Source of the DNA: Azolla caroliniana
Lineage: Eukaryota > Plantae > Polypodiophyta
Reading direction: 5' to 3'
NCBI GenBank assembly: GCA_043228905.1
Contig: JBHGNT010000007.1
Location: 14,694,001-14,758,000 of the forward strand
DNA length: 64,000 nt
The position numbers and the translations under genes were made by a program. The notes beneath the pieces were generated by a model. That model saw nothing but the letters and a program-made list of their open reading frames with translations, was not told the DNA's origin and ran no database searches. Positions 35,301-48,157 of this stretch are shown in pieces. How positions within the stretch are numbered: position 1 is the stretch's first letter; every line of letters starts with the position of its first letter.

Positions 35301-38300
35301 TGACACTATTCCCCCTTTAAAACGACGAGTGTCACGAGTCGTCTTGGATTGAGGACCCGGTTTGTGTGGATATTGACGATGGAAGTCTTCAAGAAGAGCA
35401 CGAGCATTGGTCACATTCTCGATCGGTTCCCAAGTACATTCGTTGGGACTATAGCCTAGCCAATCGACTAGATAGTAGAGCTTGTTGCGAACAATCTTGG
35501 AATCAAGGATGGCGGCAACCTCGTTCTCCGGCCCATCTTCAAGCTCGATCGGGGGTGGAGGTTGGATAAGACGTCCTGGGATGGTGCTCTCGTGGTAGGG
35601 TTCGAGGAGAGAACTATGAAACACCGGATGTATCCGAAGTTGAGGAGGTAGATCGAGACGAAAAGCGACATCATTAATCTGTCCAATAATACGGAAAGGA
35701 CCTAATCGTTGATAATCCAACTTCTCACATGGGCGAGTAGTCTTGATGTGTCATCGTAGCACCCACACCCGATCTCCAATATTAAAACTGGATGGAAGTC
35801 GATGACGATCCGCGTAGACCTTGTGTGTTTGTTGAGCTTGCTGGAGATGAGTAGATAAATCCACTTGTATCTTGCGTAACCGATCCAAACGATCCTCCGC
35901 GCACGGATTTGTGGACACCTCTGGGGTTTCAAGTACACTCCACCGGGGGTGACATCCCGTATAAGCATAAAATGGTGTAACTTTAGTGGATGTGTGGATA
36001 GAGTTGTTATAGGCAAATTCGGCGAAGTGGAGAATATTTGCCCAGTCGTCCTCATGATAGCTGAGAAAGCACCGCAGATACTGCTCCAGCATTTGATTTG
36101 TTCGTTCAACTTGACCATCGGTTTGTGGGTGGTAACCGGAGGAGAGGTTACAAGAGACCTTGAGCATGTTAAAAAGGTGCTTCCAGAATTTTGACACGAA
36201 TTGGGGTCCACGGTCGCTGATGATACTATCGAGAAGTCCATGATGCCGACATACTTCATGCATGACAATTTCGGCAGTGTCTTCACTGGAGATCTCCTTA
36301 GTACATGGCAAGAAATGAGCCATCTTCGTATATCGATCGACCACCGTTAGAATCGCATTGAACCCCTTAGAGACTGGAAGATCAGTGATGAAGTCTAGAG
36401 CAATGGATTGCCACGGCTTGCTTGGAATTGGTAATGGTTCTAATAAACCATATGGATGATGCCTTGGCATTTTCGCTCTGCAACATGTATCACAAATCTG
36501 AACAAAATCCTCGACAAATTGTCGCATACAGGGCCACCAAAATGATCGTTGTACTAAATGTAATGTTTTAGTACTACCAAAATGCCCAGCTGTATATGTG
36601 TCTTGATAGTTTTGTACTACTCGAAGGCGGCAAGAACCATTAGGAACATACAAAAGTTCTTTAAAGAAGAGTAATCCATCATGGTATTTGAATTGCCGAT
36701 AGTTCGTACCTAGTGGTTGCGACTGTGAACACGACACTCGAGAGGGATCAATTTGTGCTAGTATAGCTTGGGCGAACGCATCTGTCTTCAAGTCTTCACG
36801 TATGGTATCGATAACGTGGGGAATCCATGGGCATGTCAAAGATCTGTGTTGCTTGTAGTCGTGCCAGTCCCAAGATGACTTGTTTTTGGTTATCGAAAGC
36901 TGGCTCGCCGGGACGGGGTGCTAGATACGAACGTCGTGATAATGCATCTGCCTTCCCTTGGTGCTTCCCCAAACGATATATAATTTTGAAGTCGAAACGC
37001 GTGAGGAAGTGGGCCCACCGAGCTTGACGTCGATTCAACACACGAGCATCCTGAAAGTAGGCAAGATTCTTGTGGTCACTAAATACGATGACTGGATGAG
37101 AGGATCCCTCCAGAAAATGCCTCCATTGCATAAAAGAATCCACTATTGCCAATAGCTCCTTTTCATGAATTTCATAGTTAATTTCGGTGGCGTCAAACTT
37201 GCGTGAGTGAAAAGCCACAGGATGTAGCTTCTCATCATTCCCCTGTTGTGACAGAATGCTCCCCAATGCAAAATCCGATGTGTCAGCTTCGATAATGAAT
37301 GCTTTTTCCGGATCGACATGAGCTAGAATTGGAGCCGATGTAAATGCCTTTTTAAGTCTCTCAAAAGCCATGTCCGTTTCTTCAGACCAGATGAACGGTT
37401 GTCCCTTCCTGGTAAATTGTGTGAGAGGTAGAACGATCTTTGAGTAATCTTGTATGAACTTCCGGTAAAAATTGGCAAAGCCTAGGAAGCATTGCACATG
37501 CCGCACCGAACGCGGAGTCTGCCATTCTACCACCGTTTTGACCTTAGCTGGGTCCATGGAGATGCCTTCTGACGAAATGATGTAGCCAAGAAATTCCACT
37601 TGGTTGCACCCGAAACTAAATTTTTCCAGCTTTGCATACAGACCATGTTCTTGAAGTCGTTTTAGTACTAATAGTACATGAGAATCATGTTCTTCTTGGG
37701 TCTTTGAATAAACCAGTAGATCATCCAAATAGAAAATCAAGCAATCATCCAATAGATCTCGGAATATATCATTAGCCATGTGCTGGAAGACTGCTGGCGC
37801 ATTAGTCAGGCCAAACGGCATGACCGTATACTTGAAGTGCCCATATCTGGTGCGAAACGCGGTCTTCCATTCGTCTCCTGGTCGGATCCGTACGAGGTTA
37901 TATGCTCCCCGTAAATCGATCTTCGTGAAGAACCTGGCACCATTGATCCGTTCTAAAAGACTTGAGATAAGGGGAAGAGCATACCTATTCCTAATTGTAA
38001 CCTTATTCAAGCCACGGTAATCTACAACGAGATGAATCGATGCATCTTTTTTCTTAACGAAGAAAATGGGCGCGCCGGCTGGAGATTTCGAATGTCGAAT
38101 GAAACCATTTTCCAAATTCTCCTCGATATAGGCCCGAAGGACTTCCAGCTCGGTTGGTGACAAATTGTAGATCGGTCCCCATGGCGGCTCTTTTCCCGGT
38201 TGTAAATCGATGGGGCAATCGTGCGGTCGATGATGAGGAAGTGTGTTGGCTTGTACTTTATCGAACACATCGGCGTAATGACGATACTTCTCGGGAAGTT

Positions 38301-38850
38301 GAACGGTGGATTCTTCTTTAGTGGTGCTGGAGGGGTTTACTCATATTGCAAAGAGGAACATTTCCTCCTCGCGCCCTTCTTTACGCAACTAACGTAGTGA
38401 AATGGTTGCCATCTTCTAAGTTGACCCTTGGGTTTGTCGACACCGGATTTCTCTTGTTCTCCAATCTATGTCTGGGTTATGTAACTCGAACCATGGTAAT
38501 CCTAAAACTATAGAATGTTCTAGGATACTAATAATATTAAATGATACTACACATGCTAAGTTATCTAGGACAATATTAATGGGCTCTGACTCTTCTACGA
38601 TATTTCCGGAAGCAATGGGACGTCCATCAATGACTACTACAGAGGCTGGACATTGGAGTTTTCTTAGGGATATCTTATGAGCTTGAGCAAATTTCTTATC
38701 CATAAAGCAAGAGTTAGCTCCGGAATCTAGGAGTGCTAGGACATGTACTGGAGGGGTACTTTTAGTACTAATTATTACTTGGGCTACGAACACATCACTA
38801 ACTTGCTTAGAGGGAATGGAACCACTAATGGGCTGCATAGATCTAGGGCT

Positions 38851-38895
38851 GTCCAACCAAACGGCTCCTATTTTGGCTGGACTTAGTCGTTTAAC
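38851..38895 (-). promoter_or_regulatory. Putative -1 frameshift signal between gag and pol
   Basis: gag ends gaG TTA AAC GAC TAA; the -1 frame opens into protease ORF 38416-38856; stem GTCCAGCCAAA/TTTGGTTGGAC. Confidence 0.7.
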
Positions 38896-40094
38896 TCTTC
38901 TTCTTACTGACCAAGGACATCAAATTTGTTTGCTAGATCTGGGCTATTAGTACTATTAGGACTATCGGATATCCCTACTGAAATAGGCTCAGGTTTAGTA
39001 CAATTAGAACTAGTGACTATTTGGTTTACCTGTCTTCTTGGCCTATGGGGGCAATTTATTGCGATATGTCCTGGTCCACCGCAGTAAAGACATAGTCGAT
39101 TTGTACAGCGTCACTGCTTTTCTTCTTCGGATAATGGCCCTCGACGACGTGTAGTGTCAATCTCCATCGGAGTCTGAGTATTCGCTGGAGGCGCATTATA
39201 TCACTCCCTCAGAAAAGGTCTTGCTACCACTGAGGCGTAGGTGGGCTCTGATCTTGGCCTCGACATCTGTAGTTGTCTTTCCGAACGTCGCTCAAAGAGG
39301 TGGTTGTCACATCTCACCGCGCGACTGATTGCTTCTGTTAAGGACTTTGACTCTTCGGGGAAGGTCAAGAGTAAATCCTTGATGTCGTTGCGTAAACCAT
39401 AACGGAATTGCTCCATCAATGCTTGATCATCCCAAGGGATATCGGCGGCGAGTAGGCGAAAATCTGCAGCGTATGCGGAGGCTAGACGGTCACCTTGGCG
39501 TAATTGCCGAATTTTGTTGATTGCGGTCCTGATGCTGTCAGTATCTCCGAAACATGCTTTAAACTCACCTAGAAACTCTTCAAAATTGTTGAGTAACGGA
39601 GATTCCTTTTCTAATAGTGGAGCGAACCATGACAACGCTGAGCCACTTAACAAAGTGCCTGCTAAACCCACTCGTGATGCATCGGTGGGATATCGGGAAG
39701 GATGCATTTGGATAACTAATCGTACTTGGTTAAGGAACCCTCTAAACTGTGATCGCGTTCCATCGAACTTCGTGGGAAGGCCAATCTTGGGTTCTTTAAG
39801 AATCCCTTGTGTTCCGGGCCCTTGTTGTTGCATCGCTACGATGGTTGCTTCGAGTTGTTGCACGCGTAACGCAAGTTCCCCATGTTGTTGTCGCGTTTGC
39901 TGCTTTTCTAAGGAGATTTGTTGAAGATCCCCCAGCAACCGTTGGTTTTCTTGTTCCAAAGCATGGAACTTCTCTTTCAAGCATTGAAATTCCGAGAAAA
40001 CATATTGGTATTCTTCAGCGCTAACAGTGGCCATGAGATGAAAGAAAAGAGGAATAAGAGATTAGTAGGAAATGAGAGAGATAAAAGGTAGGAA

Positions 40095-40108
40095 AATTTG
40101 GTTCAAAC
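40095..40108 (-). promoter_or_regulatory. Non-tRNA (self-priming type) PBS
   Basis: Sense TTGAACCAA next to the LTR is complementary to TTGGTTCAA near the predicted transcript start (about 40316-40324), some 30 nt downstream of the TATA box. Confidence 0.65.
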
Positions 40109-43100
40109 TGTCAGGAACGGTACTAAGACAGAGAAGGAATTAGTACTAAACGAAGGATTAGTAGTATGAGAGGTGTAGAACTTCTTCGAGAGAAGGAAGA
40201 AGTGAGCGAGACGGAGAGAAAGAGAGAGATCGAGAGAGGGAGAGAGTGATGATAAGAAAGATATGTATAATATGAAGAGAATATACAATGGTGGCTAAAA
40301 GGCTTAAGACTGGCGTTGAACCAATTTGGTTCAACATAATGACTAGTGCCCTTTTTATAGTGTTTTCAGGAGTAATCCTGAAGCTTCTAGAATGTTCGAG
40401 AGAAATCTGGAATATACACTAATTTCCTATAATAAAATGTAAATGAAAATAATATCTTACGTATTATAATAGATGGTCTAATGATCAAGAGCTCGACCCA
40501 TATAACCTAAGGTCATGGGTTCGAGTCTTGCCATATCATGACACAACTTGTTATACAAGTTCGGGATGGCTGAGTGCAAATCCATGGCAACCCCGCTCGA
40601 TCGTAATCTCAAACTAGATGCGAACTCCGGCTCCAAGGCGTGTGAGCCGACTCAGTATCGGCAACTCATTGGGAGTCTCATCTACCTCACGATCACACGA
40701 CCCGATCTGAGTTATCCGGTCAGTCTCCTTAGCCAATTCATGCAAACACCGCGTGATACTCACTTGGATTGCGCTAAGCGAGTTCTACGATACGTGAGCG
40801 GCACAATGGATTGCGGCATCCTCTACAAAACCGCAATGCCAATACGACTCAAGGGGTACATAGTGTTGATTGGGCCGGCTACAAAGCCGATAGAAGATCA
40901 ACCTCCGGATTTGTTTTCTCCCTCGGCAGCGGAGCAATATCCTAGAGTAGCAAGAAGCAACCTACCGTCGCTCTTTCGAGTACGGAGGCAGAATATTGGG
41001 GAGCAGTTGTAGCTGCATGTTAAGCCGTATGGCTTAAGAGTATTTTGAAGGATTTGGGCGTTCCCATCAAGGATCCGACTCCCCTTTACTGCGACAACAT
41101 GAGCAGTATTTATCTGCTCGGAACCCGGTGTTCCACGCGCGGACAAAGCACATCGAAGTGCACTATCACTTCATCCAAGAGCGCGTTCTAGCTGGCGATG
41201 TCAACCTACAACACATTAGCACCAATCTTCAAACGGCTGACATCTTCACTAAAGCCTTAGGAGCCGACAAGCTATGGCAATTCATGACCGATCTCGGATT
41301 GACGATCCCTGACCTGCCAAGCTTGAGGGGGAGTACTGAAGGCACTATGCAATAACGCGTGGATTCCGCAACCACGAAACAAAGCCGCGAAGAAAGACGC
41401 AAGCCGAAGCACAGACTTCGCAACTACGCACCTTGAGAGTGAAGAGACACTCCAATGGTCAAGAGTCACCATTATGTCACCACTTTGTATTCTAGCATTT
41501 AGTATGAGTCATAGAATCATATTCTATGACACATAACTTATGAGCTTTCACATTCCCCATGCTCCATGAGACTTGTAGTTAATGAAGAGAAAGGGTGACT
41601 ACATAAAGCACCCTCCTCCCACCTTGTATAATGTTAAGTCTTTCTCCTTTGTCAATATAATTTTACCTTGCGTATTCTCTATGTATTACTCCTTGTCTCT
41701 CTCTCTCACTCTCTCTCTCTCATACACACACAGTTCACACCTATTCCGCTTCACAAGAATCCATCTCTTGATTCTTTACAAAATGACTATAAAAAGTTGA
41801 TGCTATGTCCCTCATCTCTACCACATCCGATGTCAAAGATCCATCAACTCGTCTCATACTTGACGGTTGCGACTTATTTGATTTTCTACAGTTAGGTTGA
41901 AAAAACTCTTTACAAATGATATCAGCCTGTCTAATCCATCTTGCAATGGATTTATGATACCAAAAATTATTGATCATGGTTATATGCCTCAGGAATGGAC
42001 AGAAGGCCTAATATATTTGATTCCGAAGGGGGGTGGCCCTCTGGATGATATTCGAAAATGGAGACCTATAACACTCCTCAATGTTGTATATAAGATTTTA
42101 GCTAAAACAATAACAAGGAGGGTGCAACCTTTTTTACCTTAATTCATGATTCGCAAACGGGTTTTGTTCAAGAGAGAAGTATTTTTTATAATATTTTTTT
42201 GTTTTGGGAAATGGTGGCTATTGGAGAGCAACAACAACAGGAATTGGCTATTTTGTTTCTAGATTTTGAGAAGGCTTATGATAGAGTGGATTGGGATTTC
42301 ATGGAAGGGACATTAATGCGAATGGGTTTTCCAATGCAATGGATTAGGGCGGTGGCAGCGTTGTATAGGGCTGCTCATAGTTCTCTTTTGTTTGCAGGCG
42401 ATGTTGGTTGTGGATTTTCAATTTCACGATCAGTAAGACAAGGGTGTCCGTTGGCTCCCTTTTTGTTTATTTTAGTTTCTGAAGCTTTCTCTAATTACCT
42501 TAGGAGTAGGAGTGTCAATATTCATGGTATAGCTTTACCTACACAGGGATATGCAGCCACGGTTATTGATTCAGAATTTGCTGATGATACTGCGTTATAT
42601 GTTTCTGCAGAAAAGGAGAACTTGTTGAATCTTCAACAAGTGGTAACCAATTTTTGTGAAGCTTCAGGAGCTTTGATTAATTGGGACAAGTCTATGGGAT
42701 TTTGGGTCACGTCTTCCCCTCCTCCACAAGATGTGCCAACCCCAGGTTTTTTTTGGGTCCCCCGAGGTAAAGCGGTAAGGTATTTGGGCTGTCAAGTGGG
42801 GCTAGAATTGTCAGCAGAAGATATGGTAACACCCCTTTTGTTACAGGTTAGAAATAAATTGTTGTATTAGGATACAACTAATTTGTCTCTACCAGGAAGG
42901 GTAGTTGTGGCAAACTCGGTTTTGCTTGCATCAATTTGGTATGTTGCATCTACTTGGTTATTTTCACGTTCCATTATATTAAAATTACAATGATTAGTTC
43001 GTAATTTTATTTGGGGTGCTTCTCTAGGCTCAAGGGCTATTGCAAAAGTTGCTTGGTCGGTGTTAATCCAACCAATAAGTGAAGGAGGGTTGGGCTTAAT

Positions 43101-45139
43101 AGATCCTATGCTCCAAAGTAAGGCTCTTCTTGCAAAGCATGTTGTGAGAGCATTTATGCCTAGGGATGAGTTGTGGAAAAAGTTATGGTTGTTGTATCTT
43201 AGCAACATTAAGCCTACTGTAGGAGGACAGTGGCAAGATAGTTTTAGATTGTTGTTTAATTTTGAATTTCCAATTAAGCCTCAAAATTTTGGTTCTAGGA
43301 AATTTTTTACAAGCATTTTGAGGGCATGGAAGGACATTAGAGAGGCTCTTCTATTTCAATTGCCATCAACAGAAGCCTAGTTTCTAAGGAAACCATTGTT
43401 ATGGAATCCTTTGTTTACAGATAACTCTGGTTGTGTTTTAGGTATTAGACCACATTTATCGTGGGGGAAAATGGACTTAGGACCAGCTGCAAGTGTGGCT
43501 GATTGGGAGCGATTTCAACTTCTCTCTAATGAGGACAAACAATGACTCTTGTCTTCATTATGAGGGGGATGTTTGATGCCCGCTCACATTCAACAAGCTT
43601 TTTGGAATTGTCAAAGGCAAATTAACTTACATAATAATTATACATGGTATGGTCTTTTCTCTCCTTTGGGTATTTTATTGGGTGCCAGGGCATATACTAA
43701 CGAGGATAGAGTAAGATTTTATGAGGTTGGAGATGCTGGTTTTTTATATTTAGTGGAAGAAGAAGTTGAACTTATGCATCTAGCCGCTAAAAAACCCATT
43801 AGGGTCATTGCTAGGTTAGACAAGAAGATTTTCCTTGATCCTAACCCTTTTTTGGAAGATCAGGCACGACAACTATGGGCATTTCAAAGCAAGCCGGTGG
43901 AACAATTGAATTGGGATCCGGCTGATTATGCATGGTTGTTGGTTGGAAGGTCTTCGATAAATGAACAACAAAGTAGGACTATCCCTTTTTTCCGATATTC
44001 TGTGGCTTATGGGAGACGCTTCTTGTTGCATCGGCATTGCGTAAGTCCTCCTGCTGCACAAAAATATTGGGAGTCAGGTGCAATATCGTCTCAATATTTG
44101 GCAGCTTATTGGAAGAGTTTATGGGCTCTACCATGTCTACGGAGAGCCATTTCTTTTAAGTGGTTATTACTTCATTATGCGTTACTTGTAGGTTTTCATT
44201 TAAAAGGACAAATTGTTGATTGTCAATGTGTGTGTTGCCAATTACAAGAGGAGACTTTGAAACATTTGTTCTGGACTTGTAGTGCAGCTCGAAAATATTG
44301 GGGAAGAATATTGAGGATGTTTTCGTGTAAATATAGAGGAGCAATTTTTACATGGGGAGCTGTTTTTGGGGGTCTTTAGATGTGCAGGTGTCCATGTACG
44401 AAGGGGAACGATGTGCAGAAGCATTGCGTGTATCGGAGAATAGAATTGAAGCGGTTGTCCCGAACATTGAAGGTGCTAAATATTTTAAAAAGTCTTTGGT
44501 TTGGAATATTGTTTCAATTAATGCTTTATGGGTATGGTGGAAGTGTCGATGCAACAAGAAATATGAAGGAATCGAGTATACTGTGGTGGATATGATAAAG
44601 ATGTTCTGGAACAACTTGATACACACATTTAAGGGAGAGTATGATAATATCAAAGGAACAACAGAAAAGGTATGTAAGAAAAGAAGGAAATTTCGTCAAA
44701 TATAGTGCCCAATACCTCTATGGTTGGATGGGACACATGAAAATAGTTGGAATTACATGCCCCCACGATGGTTGTTTCCTCCGCCTAGTCCATTCTTATT
44801 TCATTCTTAAAGTTGGGATGTAATATATTTTCTTTACATATGAACTTAAGTTTTGTAAAATCAATGGAAGGGATGGATGATTTTTATGAAGGATGAAGCA
44901 TTTAGGGAGTGAAAGGGAGAATTGCTTGTCTTCATTAATTTTCAGATTTGGAGACTGTTGTTCTCTTTTCTTTGTTATGTGGATTGAATAAAGAAGTTTT
45001 TAGGTTTCTCATTATATATTAGGTGGTAATCGGTGGGATGGTTGATGTGGACTGAATGAAGAATTTCTTATCTATGATAAGGATGAGTGAAGATGGTGGG
45101 GGGGTCAAAGCCGGCTACCATGAGTAGGTGAGGAAACTT

Positions 45140-45616
45140 TGATGTGGATTGAAGCATAATAGTATGATGACAGGATGAGTGACGATGGTGTGGGGGCTGA
45201 AGCAATCATGAGGGGTGAGGAAATACTGTAGATATACTTCGTTTTTTTGTTGCATTTTTATCAGGAGTATCAAGTTCAGCAACAGCAGCCATAGATGGTG
45301 GTTTGGATTGAAGCATAATAGTATGATGACAAGATAAGTGACGACGGTGTGGGGGCTGAAGCAATGATGAGGGGTGAGGACATACTCTACATTTACTTCA
45401 TTTTTTGGTGCATTTTTATCAGGAGGATCAAGTTCAACAACAACAGCCACAGATGGTGGTGTGGATTGAAGCATAATAGTATGATGACAAGATGAGTGAC
45501 GACGGTGTGGGGGCTGAAGCAATCATGAGGGGTGAGGAAATACTCTAAATTTACTTCGTTTTTTTGGTGCATTTTTATTAGGAGTATCAGTTCAGCAACA
45601 ACAGCCACAGATGGTA
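45140..45616 (+). repeat. Three (plus one partial) ~159-bp tandem repeats in the 3' region of LINE b
   Basis: GGATTGAAGCATAATAGTATGATGAC at 45146, 45305 and 45463. Confidence 0.9.
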
Positions 45617-46279
45617 AAACAATTTAAAGAGAACACTTCTGGAAAGGTAAATAATGTTTCTGTGGATGAGGTGTCAAATGATAAAGAGAACGGAGCTCTT
45701 TTGGGTAGTGAAACTACAGTTGAAAGCATTCACTTTAAGATGTCAAATCTGAATATTGACCTGCTTACGGATTTGAAGATTGAGAGTGGTGGCAATGCCA
45801 AGCATATTGAAGAAGTGAATCTTGATGATAACATACAGGCCAAAAATATCATGATAGATTCAGGATCATCAAAGATTGCTTCCAACATGGCTGCAATGAA
45901 GACACTCTTGATTTCTTCGGCCAGTTGCACAATGCGTATTGGATGACATCACATACAATTGTATCTTCAAGGCCTATATTACCAGGACAACCATCAATAA
46001 AGGAGCAGAGATTTATGATGACATTCTGAAGAAGGACATATTGGAGGGAAAAACTAAATATCACTATGTATGTGAAATGTGGAATGCGGGATAAGTCTTA
46101 AGAATTCGTTGATGAACTTTTGGTTTGGAATGTAGTCTCAAGAGCCCATTGTTGGCTGCATGAGTGTTCGATAGTTTGTTAGTTAACTCTGTTGAATTTT
46201 TGTAATACTGGACTGTTTTGTTGTATATTGCCTTTGGCCACTTTATTTAATACCAATGGAGGATATTTTTATGGGGAAA

Positions 46280-47960
46280 AATTACACCTACGACCTGATA
46301 GAACTGCCGAAAGGTAAGAGAGCACTCAGGAATAAATGGGTCTACAAGGTGAAGACTAGAGAAGACGACAATAAGCCCAGGTATAAAGCCCATACAGCGG
46401 TGAAGGGTTTTCAACAAAAAAAGGGGGTCGACTTCGACGAAATACTCACACTAGTCGTAAAGATGACATCCATTCAAATTGTTCTAAGCATAGCGGCCAG
46501 TATGGATCTAGAGATCAAATAGTTGGATGTCAAATCCGCATTTCTGCACAGGGAGCTAGAAGAAGAAATCTATATGCAGCAACCCGAGGCTTTGAGGAGA
46601 AAGGGAAAGAGAACCTGGTGTGTCGACTGAAGAAAAGTTTGTACGGTCTAAAACAAGCTCCATGCCAATGGTACAAGAAGTTCGAGTCCTTCATGATGGA
46701 ACACCGGTTCTAGAAAACACATGCCGATCATTGTGTATTCGTCAAAACGTACGAAGAAGGAGACTTCTTGATTCTCTTGTTATATCTTGATGACATGTTG
46801 ATAGTCGGTCAAGATACAAGTAAGATTGGAAGCTTGAAGAAAGCTCTCGGCAAATCGTTTGCCATGAAAGACCTTGGACCGGCCAAACAGATATTGGGAA
46901 TGCACAGAGTTCGAGACAGAACTCAAAAGGTGCTATGGTTGTCACAATAGAAGTATGTGACAAAGATCCTAGAGAGACTTAACATGTCAGATGCAAAACC
47001 GGTCGGCTCAGTGTTGCCCACAAACTACAGGTTAAATGCGAAGCAGTGCCCGAGAGGGGAGAAGGAGAAGGCCGAGATGAGGAAGGTACCATATGCCTCG
47101 ACCACAAAATGTCTAAAAGCCTATGGTAGAAGGTTTTACCGATTCGTACATGTCAGCAGATGTCGACTCGAGCCGATCCACGTCAAGGTACGTGATGACC
47201 TATGCAGGGGGAGCAGTGTGATGGCAGTCATGACTATAGAAGTCTGTAGCCTTGTTGACTCCAGAGGCAGAGTATATGGAAGCGGTAGAGGCCTGCAAAG
47301 AACTAGTTTGGATGAGAAATTTACCGATTCGTACATGTCAGCAGATGTCGACTCGAGCCGATCCACGTCAAGGTACGTGATGACCTATGCAGGGGGAGCA
47401 ATGTGATGGCAGTCATGACTATAGAAGTCTGTAGCCTTGTTGACTCCAGAGGCAGAGTATATGGAAGCGGTAGAGGTCGGCAAAGAGCTAGTTTGGATGA
47501 GAAATTTTCTCAACGAATTAGGGATGAAGCAAAAGGATTTCTTGCTTCACTGTGATAGCCAAAGCACCATACACCTTGCTAAGAATGCTACAGGGGGAGC
47601 AGTGTCATGGCAGTCACGACTGTGGAAGTCTGTAGCCTTGTCGACTCTAGAGGGAGAGTATATGGCAGCGGTAGAGGCCGGCAAAGAGCTAGTTTGGATG
47701 AGAAATTTTCTCAATGAATTAGGGATGAAGAAAAGGAGTTCTTGCTTCACTGTGATAGCCAAAGCGCCATACACCTTGCCAACAATGCTGCATACCACTC
47801 CCAGACCAAGCACATATAGAGAAGGTATCACTGGTTGTGGGAGAGAGTCGAAGAAGGAGATTTTTGTCTTGTGAAGATTCATACTGACGACAATGGATCC
47901 GACATGCTCACGAAGAACCTACCTATGGACAGACTTAGAGTCTGTCGACAGAAGACAGGA
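46280..47960 (+). pseudogene. copia B RT/RNase H with internal duplications and deletions
   Basis: NKWVYK, LLYLDDMLIVG; RNase H segment GGAVSWQSR..EAEY present three times between 47136 and 47800. Confidence 0.9.
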
Positions 47961-48157
47961 TGAGTTTGTTGGGAATATGTCCCTCCAGTGGGAGGAGGAA
48001 TCGACTGTCCAGAGTAGCTAACAGTCAATAACTACGAGGAGCCGACTGATCGGACCAAGGAGAGCCGACAGTCGAAGACAGGGAAGAACCGACTATTCGG
48101 AAATACCCGACATTTGAAGAGTCGAAAACAGAACCGATTGTTTTTCTAATAGGTTGA

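Larger units (their letters stand above)
34870..40543 (-). mobile_element. Full-length Tcn1-like chromovirus (Ty3/gypsy) with a few stops and frameshifts
   Basis: LTRs 34870-35305 and 40109-40543 (about 2% diverged), TSD CAACT, PPT, gag 40034-38883, PR LLDSGA, RT YLDD, RNase H, integrase, group-I-type chromodomain (YLVDWLGY..TWEP). Confidence 0.96.
30924..41780 (+). mobile_element. Ty1/copia element D (different lineage from A/B/C), interrupted by the Tcn1-like gypsy
   Basis: TSD AAATG, LTRs 30924-31314 and about 41334-41780, PBS TGGTATCAGAGC 31315-31326, PPT 41324-41333. Confidence 0.93.
30661..46279 (+). mobile_element. 5'-truncated, 5'-inverted L1-clade LINE 'b'
   Basis: 17-bp TSD AATTACACCTACGACCT (30644-30660, 46280-46296); inverted piece 30661-30923 plus 41781-41963 on minus strand; sense RT from about 41964 (WRPITLLN, LDFEKAYD, RQGCPLAP, FADD, YLG); zinc finger CVCC..ETLKHLFWTC. 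Confidence 0.93.
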
